Shown here: positions 42,001 to 55,029 of the stretch, piece after piece | How the letters are laid out: every line of letters begins with the position of its first letter | How positions within the stretch are numbered: the stretch's first letter is position 1 | Assembly (NCBI GenBank): GCA_964016885.1 | Contig: OZ024744.1 | Location: 30,938,001 to 31,002,000, forward strand | DNA length: 64,000 nt | Direction of reading: 5' to 3' | Source: Eledone cirrhosa | Taxonomy: Eukaryota | The notes under the pieces: model-generated | Databases searched by the model: none | Told to the model about the DNA's origin: nothing | What the model saw: the letters and a program-made list of their open reading frames with translations, nothing else | Position numbers and translations under genes: made by a program

Positions 42001-45000
42001 CTGTCACTGCCTCCGTCTCTCTCACTCTCTCCCTATCTCTCATTTTCCCCAGGTCTAAACACAGAGGAACCAACCTCCCACTGTCACTGCCTCCGTCTCT
42101 CTCACTCTCTCCCTATCTCTCATATACACCAGGTCCAAACACAGAGGAACCAACCTCCCACTGTCACTGCCTCCGACTCTCTCACTCTCTCCCTATCTCT
42201 CATATACACCAGGTCGAAACACAGAGGAACCAACCTCCCACTGTTACTGCCTCTGTCTCTCTCACTCTCTCCCTATCTCTCATGTACACCAGGTCCAAAC
42301 ACAGAGGAACCAACCTCCCACTGTCACTGCCTCCCTCTCTCCCACTCTCTCCCTATCTCTCTTATACACCAGGTCCAAACACAGACGAACCAACCTCCCA
42401 CTGTCACTGCTTCCGTCTCTCTCACTCTCCCTATCTCTCATATACACCAGGTCCAAACAGAAGAACCAACCTCCCACTGTCACTGCCTCCCTCTCTCCCA
42501 CTCTCTACCTATCTCTCATATACACCAGGTCTAAACACAGAAGAACCAACCTCCCACTCTGACTGCCTCCCTCTCTCCAACTCTCTCCCTATGTCTCATA
42601 TACACCAGGTCCAAACACAGAGGAACCAACATCCCACTGTCACTGCCTCCGTCTCTCTCACTCTCTCCCTATCTCTCATATACACCAGATCCAAACACAG
42701 AGGAACCAACCTCCCACGGTCACTGACCACATCTCTCCCACTCTCTCCCTATTTCTCATATACACCAGGTCCAAACACAGAGGAACCAACCTCCCATTGT
42801 CACTGCCTCCATCTCTCTCCCACTCTCCCTATCTCTCATATACACCAGGTCCATACACAGAGGAACCAACCTCCCACTGTCACTGCCTCCGTCTCTCTCC
42901 CACTCTCTCACTATCTCTCATATACACCAGCTCCAAACACAGAGGAACCAACCTCCCACTGTCACTGCCTCCGTCTCTCTCCCACTCTCTCCCTATCTCT
43001 CATATACACCAGGTCTAAACACAGAGGAACAAACCTCCCACTGTCACTGCCTCCGTCTCTCTCCCACTCTCCCTATCTATCATTTACACCAGGTCCAAAC
43101 ACAGAGGAACCAACTCCCGCTGTCACTGCCTCCGTCTCTCCCACTCTCTCCCTATCTCTCATATACACCAGGTCTAAACACAGAGGAACCAACCTCCCAC
43201 TGTCACTGCCTCCATCTCTCCCACTCTCTCCCTATCTCTCATATACAACAGGTCCAAACACAGAGTAACCAACCTCCCACTGTCACTGCCTCCGTCTCGC
43301 CCACTCTCTCCCTACCTCTCATATACACCAGGTCCAAACACAGAGGAACCAACCTCCCACTGTCACTGCCTCCATCTCTCTCTCACTCTCCCTATCTCTC
43401 ATATACACCAGGTCCAAACACAGAGGAACCAACCTCCCACTGTCACTGACCACATCTCTCCCACTCTCTCCCTATCTCTCATATACACCAGGTCCAAACA
43501 CAGAGGAACCAACCTCCCACTGTCACTGCCTCCATTTCTCCCACTCTCTCCCTATCTCTCATATACACCAGGTCTAAACACAGAGGAACCAACCTCCCAC
43601 TGTCACTGACTCCGTCTCTCCCACTCTCTCCCTATCACTCATATACACCATGTCCAAACACTGAGGAACCAACCTCCCACTGTCACTGCCTCCGTCTCTC
43701 TCACTCTCCCTATCTCTCATATACACCAGGTCTAAACACAGAGGAACCAACCTCCCACTGTCACTGCCTCCGTCTCTCCCACTCTCTCCCTATCTCTCAC
43801 ATACACCAGGTCTAAACACAGAGGAACCAACCTCCCACTGTCACTGCCTCCGTCTCTCCTACTCTCTCCCTATCTCTCATGTACACCAGGTTCAAACACA
43901 GAGGAACCAACCTCCCACTGTCACTGCCTCCGTCTCTCCCACTCTCTCCCTCTCTCTCATATACACCAGGTCTAAACACAGAGGAACCCACCTCCCATTG
44001 TCACTGCCTCCGTCTCTCTCACTCTCTCCCTATCTCTCATATACACCAGGTCTAAACACAGAGGAACCCACCTCCCATTGTCACTGCCTCCGTCTCTCTC
44101 ACTCTCTCCCTATCTCTCATATACACCAGGTCTAAACACAGAGGAACCAACCTCCCACTGTCACTGCCTCAGTCTCTCCCACTCTCTCCCTATCTCTCAT
44201 ATACACCATGTCCAAACACAGCGGAACCAACCTCCCACTGTCACTGCCTCCATCTCTCCCACTCTCCTTATCTCTCATATACACCATGTCCAAACACAGA
44301 GGAACCAACCTCCCACTGTCACTGCCTCCGTCTCTCTCACTCTCTCCCTATCTCTCATATACACCAGCTCTAAAGACAGAGGAACCAGCCTCCCACTGTC
44401 ACTGACCACATTTCTCCCACTCTCCCCCTCTCTCTCTTATACACCAGGTCCAAACACAGAGGAACCCACCTCCCACTGTCACTGCCTCCGTTTCTCCCAC
44501 TCTCTCCCACTCTCTCATATACACCAGGTCTAAACACAGAGGAACCAACGTCCCACTGTCACTGCCTCCGTCTCTCCCTCTCTCTCCCTATCTCTCATAT
44601 ACACCAGGTCCTAACACAGAGGAACCAACCTCCCACTGTCACTGCCTCCGTCTCTCTCACACACTCCCTATCTCTCATGTACACCAGGTCCAAACACAGA
44701 GGAACCAACCTCCCACTGTCACTGCCTCCGTCTCTCTCACACTCCCTATCTCTCATATACACCAGGTCTAAACACAGAGGAACCAACCTCTCACTGTCAC
44801 TGCCTCCGTCTCTCTCACTCTCCCTATCTCTCATATACACCAGGTCTAAACACAGAGGAACCAACCTCCCACTGTCACTGCCTCCGTCTCTCTCACTCTC
44901 TCCCTATCTCTCATTTTCACCAGGTCTAAACACAGAGGAACCAACCTCCCACTGTCACTGCCTCCGTCTCTCTCACTCTCTCCCTATCTCTCATATACAC

Positions 45001-48000
45001 CAGGTCCAAACACAGAGGAACCAACCTCCCACTGTCACTGCCTCCGTCTCTCTCCCACTCTCTCCCTATCTTTCATATACACCAGGTCTAAACACAGAGG
45101 AACCAACCTCCCACTGTCACTGCCTCCGTCTCTCTCACTCTCTCCCTATCTCTCATAAACACCAGGTCTAAACACAGAGGAACCAACCTCCCACTGTCAC
45201 TGCCTCCGTCTCTCCCACTCTCTCCCTATCTCTCATATACACCATGTCCAAACACTGAGGAACCAACCTCCCACTGTCGCTGCCTCCGTCTCTCTCACTC
45301 TCCCTATCTCTCATATACACCAGGTCTAAACACAGAGGAACCAACCTCCCACTGTCACTGCCTCCGTCTCTCTCACTCTCTCCCTATCTCTCTTATACAC
45401 CAGGTCCAAACACAGAGGAACCAACCTCCCACTGTCACTGCCTCCGTCTCTCCCACTCTCTCCCTATCTCTCATATACACCAGGTCCAAACACAGAGGAA
45501 CCAACCTCCCACTGTCACTGCCTCCGTCTCTCTCACTCTCTCACAATCTCTCATGTACACCAGGTCCAAACACAGAGGAACCAACCTCCCACTGTCACTG
45601 CCTCCATCTCTCCCACTCTCTCCCTATCTCTCATATACACCAGGCCCAAACACAGAGGAACCAACCTCCCACCGTCACTGCCTCTGTCTCTCCCACTCTC
45701 CCTATCTCTCATATACACCAGGTCCAAACACAGAGGAACCAACCTCCCACTGTCACTGCCTCCGTCTCTCCCACTCTCTCACAATCTCTCATGTACACCA
45801 GGTCCAAACACAGAGGAACCAACCTCCCACTGTCACTGCCTCCATCTCTCCCACTCTCTCCCTATCTTTCATATACACCAGGTCCAAACACAGAGGAATC
45901 AACCTCCCACTGTCACTGCCTCCATCTCTCCCACTCTCTCCCTATCTTTCATATACACCAGGCCCAAACACAGAGGAACCAATCTCCCACTGTCACTGCC
46001 TCCGTCTTTCCCACTCTCTCCCTATCTCTCATATACACCAGGCCCAAACACAGAGGAACCAACCTCCCACTGTCACTGCCTCCGTCTCTCCCACTCTCTC
46101 CCTATATCTCATATACACCAGGCCCAAACACAGAGGAACCCACCTCCCACTGTCACTGCCTCTGTCTCTCCCACTCTCCCACTCTCTCATATACACCAGG
46201 TCCAAACACAGAGGAACCAACCTCCCACTGTCACTGCCTCCGTCTCTCCACTCTCTCCCTATCTCTCATATACACCAGGTCCACACACAGAGGAACCAAC
46301 CTCCCACTGTCACTGCCTCCGTCTCTCCCACTCTCTCCCTATCCTCATATACACCAGGTCCAAATACAGAGGAACCAACCTCCCACTGTCACTGCTTCCA
46401 TCTCTCCCACTCTCCCTATCTCTCATATACACCAGGTCCAAACACAGAGGAACCAACCTCCCATTGTCACTGACTCCGTCTCTCCCACTCTCCCTATCTC
46501 TCATATACACCAGGTCTAAACACAGAGGAACCAACCTCCCACTGTCACTGCCACCATCTCTCCCACTCTCTCCCTATCTCTCATATACACCAGGTCCAAA
46601 CACAGAGGAAACAACCTCCCACTGTCTCTGGCTACGTCTCTCCCACTCTCCCTATCTCTCATATAAACCAGGTCCAAACACAGAGGAACCAACCTCCCAC
46701 TGTCACTGCCTACGTCTCTCCCACTCTCTCCCTATCTCTCATATACACCAGGTCCTAACACAGAGGAACCAACCTCCCACTGTCACTGCCTCCATCTCTC
46801 CCACTCTCTCCCTATCTCTCATATACACCAGGTTTAAACACAGAGGAACCAACCTCCCACTGTCACTGCCTCCATCTCTCCCACTCTCTCCCTATCTCTC
46901 ATATACACCATGTCCAAACACAGAGGAACCAACCTCCCACTGTCACTGCCTACATCTCTCCCACTCTCTCCCTATCTCTCATATACACCAGGTCCAAACA
47001 CAGAGGAACCAACCTCCCACTGTCACTGCCTCCGTCTCTCCCACTCTCTCCCTATCTTTTATATACACCAGGTCTAAACACAGAGGAACCAACCTCCCAC
47101 TGTCACTGCCTCCATCTCTCCCACTCTCTCCCTATCTCTCATATACACCAGGTCCAAACACAGAGGAACCAACCTCCCATTGTCACTGCCTCCGTCTCTC
47201 TCCCACTCTCCCTATCTCTCATATACACCAGGTCCAAACACAGAGGAACCAACCTCCCACTGTCACTGCCTCCGTCTCCCTCCCACTCTCCTTATCTCTC
47301 ATATACTCCAGGTCCAAACACAGAGGAACCAACCTCCCACTGTCACTGCCTCCGTCTCTCCCACTCTCTCCCTACCTATTATATACACCAGCTCTAAACA
47401 CAGAGGAACCAACCTCCCCCTGTCACTCACCACATGTCTCCCACTCTCTCCCTATCTCTCATATACACCAGGTCCAAACACAGAGGAACCAACCTCCCAC
47501 TGTCACTGCCTCCCTCTCTCCCACTCTCCCTATCTCTCATATACACCAGGTCTAAACACAGAGGAACCAACCTCCCACTGTCACTGCCTCCATCTCTCCC
47601 ACTCTCTCCCTATCTCTCATATACAACAGGTCCAAACACAGAGGAACCAACCACCCATTGTCACTGCCTCCGTCTCTCCCACTCTCCCTATCTCTCATAT
47701 ACACCAGGTCTAAACACAGAGGAACCAACCTCCCACTGTCACTGCCTCCGTCTCTCCCACTCTCTCCCTATCTCTCATATACACCAGGTCTAAACACAGA
47801 GGAACCAACCTCCCACTGTCACTGCCTCCATCTCTCCCACTCTCTCCCTATCTCTCATATACAACAGGTCCAAACACAGAGTAACCAACCTCCCACTGTC
47901 ACTGCCTCCGTCTCGCCCACTCTCTCCCTACCTCTCATATACACCAGGTCCAAACACAGAGGAACCAACCTCCCACTGTTACTGCCTCCGTCTCTCCCAC

Positions 48001-51000
48001 TCTATCCCTATCTCTCATATACACCAGGTCCAAACACAGAGGAACCAACCTCCCACTGTCACTGCCTCCATTTCTCCCACTCTCTCCCTATCTCTCATAT
48101 ACACCAGGTCTAAACACAGAGGAACCAACCTCCCACTGTCACTGCCTCCGTCTCTCTCACTCTCTCCCTATCTCTCATATACACCAGGTCTAAACATAGA
48201 GGAACCAACTTCCCACTGTCACTGACTCCGTCTCTCCCACTCTCTCCCTATCACTCATATACACCATGTCCAAACACTGAGGAACCAACCTCCCACTGTC
48301 ACTGCCTCCGTCTCTCTCACTCTCCCTATCTCTCATATACACCAGGTCTAAACACAGAGGAACCAACCTCCCACTGTCACTGCCTCCGTCTCTCCCACTC
48401 TCTCCCTATCTCTCACATACACCAGGTCTAAACACAGAGGAACCAACCTCCCACTGTCACTGCCTCCGTCTCTCCTACTCTCTCCCTATCTCTCATGTAC
48501 ACCAGGTTCAAACACAGAGGAACCAACCTCCCACTGTCACTGCCTCCGTCTCTCCCACTCTCTCCCTCTCTCTCATATACACCAGGTCTAAACACAGAGG
48601 AACCCACCGCCCATTGTCACTGCCTCCGTCTCTCTCACTCTCTCCCTATCTCTCATATACACCAGGTCTAAAGACAGAGGAACCGACCTCCCACTGTCAC
48701 TGACTCCGTCTCTGCCACTCTCTCACTATCTCTCATATACACCATGTCCAAACACAGAGGAACCAACCTCCCACTGTCACTGCCTCCATCTCTCCCACTC
48801 TCCCTATCTCTCATATACACCATGTCCAAACACAGAGGAACCAACCTCCCACTGTCACTGCCTCCGTCTCTCTCACACTCCCTATCTCTCATATACACCA
48901 GGTCTAAACACAGAGGAACCAACCTCTCACTGTCACTGCCTCCGTCTCTCTCACTCTCCCTATCTCTCATATACACCAGGTCTAAACACAGAGGAACCAA
49001 CCTCCCACTGTCACTGCCTCCGTCTCTCTCACTCTCTCCCTATCTCTCATTTTCCCCAGGTCTAAACACAGAGGAACCAACCTCCCACTGTCACTGCCTC
49101 CGTCTCTCTCACTCTCTCCCTATCTCTCATATACACCAGGTCCAAACACAGAGGAACCAACCTCCCACTGTCACTGCCTCCGACTCTCTCACTCTCTCCC
49201 TATCTCTCATATACACCAGGTCGAAACACAGAGGAACCAACCTCCCACTGTTACTGCCTCTGTCTCTCTCACTCTCTCCCTATCTCTCATGTACACCAGG
49301 TCCAAACACAGAGGAACCAACCTCCCACTGTCACTGCCTCCCTCTCTCCCACTCTCTCCCTATCTCTCTTATACACCAGGTCCAAACACAGACGAACCAA
49401 CCTCCCACTGTCACTGCTTCCGTCTCTCTCACTCTCCCTATCTCTCATATACACCAGGTCCAAACAGAAGAACCAACCTCCCACTGTCACTGCCTCCCTC
49501 TCTCCCACTCTCTACCTATCTCTCATATACACCAGGTCTAAACACAGAAGAACCAACCTCCCACTCTGACTGCCTCCCTCTCTCCAACTCTCTCCCTATG
49601 TCTCATATACACCAGGTCCAAACACAGAGGAACCAACATCCCACTGTCACTGCCTCCGTCTCTCTCACTCTCTCCCTATCTCTCATATACACCAGGTCCA
49701 AACACAGAGGAACCAACCTCCCACTGTCACTGCCTCCATCTCTCCCACTCTCTCCCTATCTCTCATATACACCAGATCCAAACACAGAGGAACCAACCTC
49801 CCACGGTCACTGACCACATCTCTCCCACTCTCTCCCTATTTCTCATATACACCAGGTCCAAACACAGAGGAACCAACCTCCCATTGTCACTGCCTCCATC
49901 TCTCTCCCACTCTCCCTATCTCTCATATACACCAGGTCCATACACAGAGGAACCAACCTCCCACTGTCACTGCCTCCGTCTCTCTCCCACTCTCTCACTA
50001 TCTCTCATATACACCAGCTCCAAACACAGAGGAACCAACCTCCCACTGTCACTGCCTCCGTCTCTCTCCCACTCTCTCCCTATCTCTCATATACACCAGG
50101 TCTAAACACAGAGGAACAAACCTCCCACTGTCACTGCCTCCGTCTCTCTCCCACTCTCCCTATCTATCATTTACACCAGGTCCAAACACAGAGGAACCAA
50201 CTCCCGCTGTCACTGCCTCCGTCTCTCCCACTCTCTCCCTATCTCTCATATACACCAGGTCTAAACACAGAGGAACCAACCTCCCACTGTCACTGCCTCC
50301 ATCTCTCCCACTCTCTCCCTATCTCTCATATACAACAGGTCCAAACACAGAGTAACCAACCTCCCACTGTCACTGCCTCCGTCTCGCCCACTCTCTCCCT
50401 ACCTCTCATATACACCAGGTCCAAACACAGAGGAACCAACCTCCCACTGTCACTGCCTCCATCTCTCTCTCACTCTCCCTATCTCTCATATACACCAGGT
50501 CCAAACACAGAGGAACCAACCTCCCACTGTCACTGACCACATCTCTCCCACTCTCTCCCTATCTCTCATATACACCAGGTCCAAACACAGAGGAACCAAC
50601 CTCCCACTGTCACTGCCTCCATTTCTCCCACTCTCTCCCTATCTCTCATATACACCAGGTCTAAACACAGAGGAACCAACCTCCCACTGTCACTGACTCC
50701 GTCTCTCCCACTCTCTCCCTATCACTCATATACACCATGTCCAAACACTGAGGAACCAACCTCCCACTGTCACTGCCTCCGTCTCTCTCACTCTCCCTAT
50801 CTCTCATATACACCAGGTCTAAACACAGAGGAACCAACCTCCCACTGTCACTGCCTCCGTCTCTCCCACTCTCTCCCTATCTCTCACATACACCAGGTCT
50901 AAACACAGAGGAACCAACCTCCCACTGTCACTGCCTCCGTCTCTCCTACTCTCTCCCTATCTCTCATGTACACCAGGTTCAAACACAGAGGAACCAACCT

Positions 51001-52457
51001 CCCACTGTCACTGCCTCCGTCTCTCCCACTCTCTCCCTCTCTCTCATATACACCAGGTCTAAACACAGAGGAACCCACCTCCCATTGTCACTGCCTCCGT
51101 CTCTCTCACTCTCTCCCTATCTCTCATATACACCAGGTCTAAACACAGAGGAACCCACCTCCCATTGTCACTGCCTCCGTCTCTCTCACTCTCTCCCTAT
51201 CTCTCATATACACCAGGTCTAAACACAGAGGAACCAACCTCCCACTGTCACTGCCTCAGTCTCTCCCACTCTCTCCCTATCTCTCATATACACCATGTCC
51301 AAACACAGCGGAACCAACCTCCCACTGTCACTGCCTCCATCTCTCCCACTCTCCTTATCTCTCATATACACCATGTCCAAACACAGAGGAACCAACCTCC
51401 CACTGTCACTGCCTCCGTCTCTCTCACTCTCTCCCTATCTCTCATATACACCAGCTCTAAAGACAGAGGAACCAGCCTCCCACTGTCACTGACCACATTT
51501 CTCCCACTCTCCCCCTCTCTCTCTTATACACCAGGTCCAAACACAGAGGAACCCACCTCCCACTGTCACTGCCTCCGTTTCTCCCACTCTCTCCCACTCT
51601 CTCATATACACCAGGTCTAAACACAGAGGAACCAACGTCCCACTGTCACTGCCTCCGTCTCTCCCTCTCTCTCCCTATCTCTCATATACACCAGGTCCTA
51701 ACACAGAGGAACCAACCTCCCACTGTCACTGCCTCCGTCTCTCTCACACACTCCCTATCTCTCATGTACACCAGGTCCAAACACAGAGGAACCAACCTCC
51801 CACTGTCACTGCCTCCGTCTCTCTCACACTCCCTATCTCTCATATACACCAGGTCTAAACACAGAGGAACCAACCTCTCACTGTCACTGCCTCCGTCTCT
51901 CTCACTCTCCCTATCTCTCATATACACCAGGTCTAAACACAGAGGAACCAACCTCCCACTGTCACTGCCTCCGTCTCTCTCACTCTCTCCCTATCTCTCA
52001 TTTTCACCAGGTCTAAACACAGAGGAACCAACCTCCCACTGTCACTGCCTCCGTCTCTCTCACTCTCTCCCTATCTCTCATATACACCAGGTCCAAACAC
52101 AGAGGAACCAACCTCCCACTGTCACTGCCTCCGTCTCTCTCCCACTCTCTCCCTATCTTTCATATACACCAGGTCTAAACACAGAGGAACCAACCTCCCA
52201 CTGTCACTGCCTCCGTCTCTCTCACTCTCTCCCTATCTCTCATAAACACCAGGTCTAAACACAGAGGAACCAACCTCCCACTGTCACTGCCTCCGTCTCT
52301 CCCACTCTCTCCCTATCTCTCATATACACCATGTCCAAACACTGAGGAACCAACCTCCCACTGTCGCTGCCTCCGTCTCTCTCACTCTCCCTATCTCTCA
52401 TATACACCAGGTCTAAACACAGAGGAACCAACCTCCCACTGTCACTGCCTCCGTCTC
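38470..52457. repeat. Near-identical tandem duplication of a ~7.0 kb (~88 monomer) block (about 38470-45370 and 45477-52457)
   Basis: ORF offsets of exactly 7007 (38544/45551, 39457/46464, 40651/47658, 41737/48744, 42282/49289), then 7087 (42797/49884, 44078/51165, 44677/51764). One extra monomer in copy 2 near 49.7 kb. Confidence 0.92.
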
Positions 52458-55029
52458 TCCTACTCTCTCCCTATCTCTCATGTACACCAGGTCTAAACAC
52501 AGAGGAACCAAACTCCCACTGTCACTGCCTCCGTCTCTCCCACTCTCTCCCTCTCTCTCATATACACCAGGTCTAAACACAGAGGAACCCACCTCCCATT
52601 GTCACTGCCTCCGTCTCTCTCACTCTCTCCCTATCTCTCATATACACCAGGTCTAAAGACAGAGGAACCGACCTCCCACTGTCACTGACTCCGTCTCTGC
52701 CACTCTCTCACTATCTCTCATATACACCATGTCCAAACACAGAGGAACCAACCTCCCACTGTCACTGCATCCATCTCTCCCACTCTCCCTATCTCTCATA
52801 TACACCATGTCCAAACACAGAGGAACCAAACTCCCACTGTCACTGCCACCGTCTCTCTCACTCTCTCCCTATCTCTCATATACACCAGGTCTAAAGACAG
52901 AGGAACCAGCCTCCCACTGTCACTGACCACATCTCTCCCACTCTCCCCCTCTCTCTCTTATACACCAGGTCCAAACACAGAGGAACCCACCTCCCACTGT
53001 CACTGCCTCCGTTTCTCCCACTCTCTCCCACTCTCTCATATACACCAGGTCTAAAAACAGAGGAACCAACCTCCCACTGTCACTGCCTCCGTCTCTCCCT
53101 CTCTCTCCCTATCTCTCATATACACCAGGTCCAAACACAGAGGAACCAACCTCCCACTGTCACTGCCTCCGTCTCTCTCTCACACTCCCTATCTCTCATA
53201 TACACCAGGTCTAAACACAGAGGAACCAACCTCTCACTGTCACTGCCTCCGTCTCTCTCACTCTCCCTATCTCTCATATACACCAGGTCTAAACACAGAG
53301 GAACCAACCTCCCACTGTCACTGCCTCCGTCTCTCTCACTCTCTCCCTATCTCTCATTTTCACCAGGTCTAAACACAGAGGAACCAACCTCCCACTGTCA
53401 CTGCCTCCGTCTCTCTCACTCTCTCCCTATCTCTCATATACACCAGGTCCTAAAACAGAGGAACCAACCTCCCACTGTCACTGCCTCCGTCTCTCTCTCA
53501 CACTCCCTATCTCTCATATACACCAGGTCTAAACACAGAGGAACCAACCTCTCACTGTCACTGCCTCCGTCTCTCTCACTCTCCCTATCTCTCATATACA
53601 CCAGGTCTAAACACAGAGGAACCAACCTGCCACTGTCACTGCCTCCGTCTCTCTCACTCTCTCCCTATCTCTCATTTTCACCAGGTCTAAACACAGAGGA
53701 ACCAACCTCCCACTGTCACTGCCTTCGTCTCTCTCACTCTCTCCCTATCTCTCATATACACCAGGTCCAAACACAGAGGAACCAACCTCCCACTGTCACT
53801 GCCTCCGACTCTCTCACTCTCTCCCTATCTCTCATATACACCAGGTCCAAACACAGAGAAACCAACCTCCCACTGTCACTGCCTCTGTCTCTCTCACTCT
53901 CTCCCTATCTCTCATGTACACCAGGTCCAAACACAGAGGAATCAACCTCCCACTGTCACTGCCTCCCTCTCTCCCACTCTCTCCCTATCTCTCTTATACA
54001 CCAGGTCCAAACACAGAGGAACCAACCTCCCACTGTCACTGCTTCCGTCTCTCTCACTCTCCCTATCTCTCATATACACCAGGTCCAAACAGAAGAACCA
54101 ACCTCCCACTGTCACTGCCTCCCTCTCTCCCACTCTCTACCTATCTCTCATATACACCAGGTCTAAACACAGAAGAACCAACCTCCCACTCTGACTGCCT
54201 CCCTCTCTCCAACTCTCTCCCTATGTCTCATATACACCAGGTCCAAACACAGAGGAACCAACATCCCACTGTCACTGCCTCCGTCTCTCTCACTCTCTCC
54301 CTATCTCTCATATACACCAGGTCCAAACACAGAGGAACCAACCTCCCACTGTCACTGCCTCCATCTTCCCACTCTCTCCCTGTCTCTCATATACACCAGA
54401 TCCAAACACAGAGGAACCAACCTCCCACTGTCACTGACCACATCTCTCCCATTCTCTCCCTATTTCTCATATACACCAGGTCCAAACACAGAGGAACCAA
54501 CCTCCCACTGTCACTGCCTCCATCTCTCTCCCACTCTCCCTATCTCTCATATACACTAGGTCCATACACAGAGGAACCAACCTCCCACTGTCACTGCCTC
54601 CGTCTCTCTCCCACTCTCTCCCTATCTCTCATATACACCAGGTCCAAACACAGAGGAACCAACCTCCCACTGTCACTGCCTCCGTCTCTCTCCCACTCTC
54701 TCCCTATCTCTCATATACACCAGGTCTAAACACAGAGGAACCAACCTCCCACTGTCACTGCCTCCGGCTCTCTCTCACTCTCCCTATCTCTCATTTACAC
54801 CAGGTCCAAACACAGAGGAACCAACTCCCGCTGTCACTGCCTCCATCTCTCCCACTCTCTCCCTATCTCTCATATACACCAGGTCTAAACACAGAGGAAC
54901 CAACCTCCCACTGTCACTGCCTCCGTCTCTCTCACTCTCTCCCTATCTCTCATATACACCAGGTCCAAACACAGAGGAACCAACCTCCCACTGTCACTGC
55001 CTCCGTCTCTCTCCCACTCTCTCCCTATC

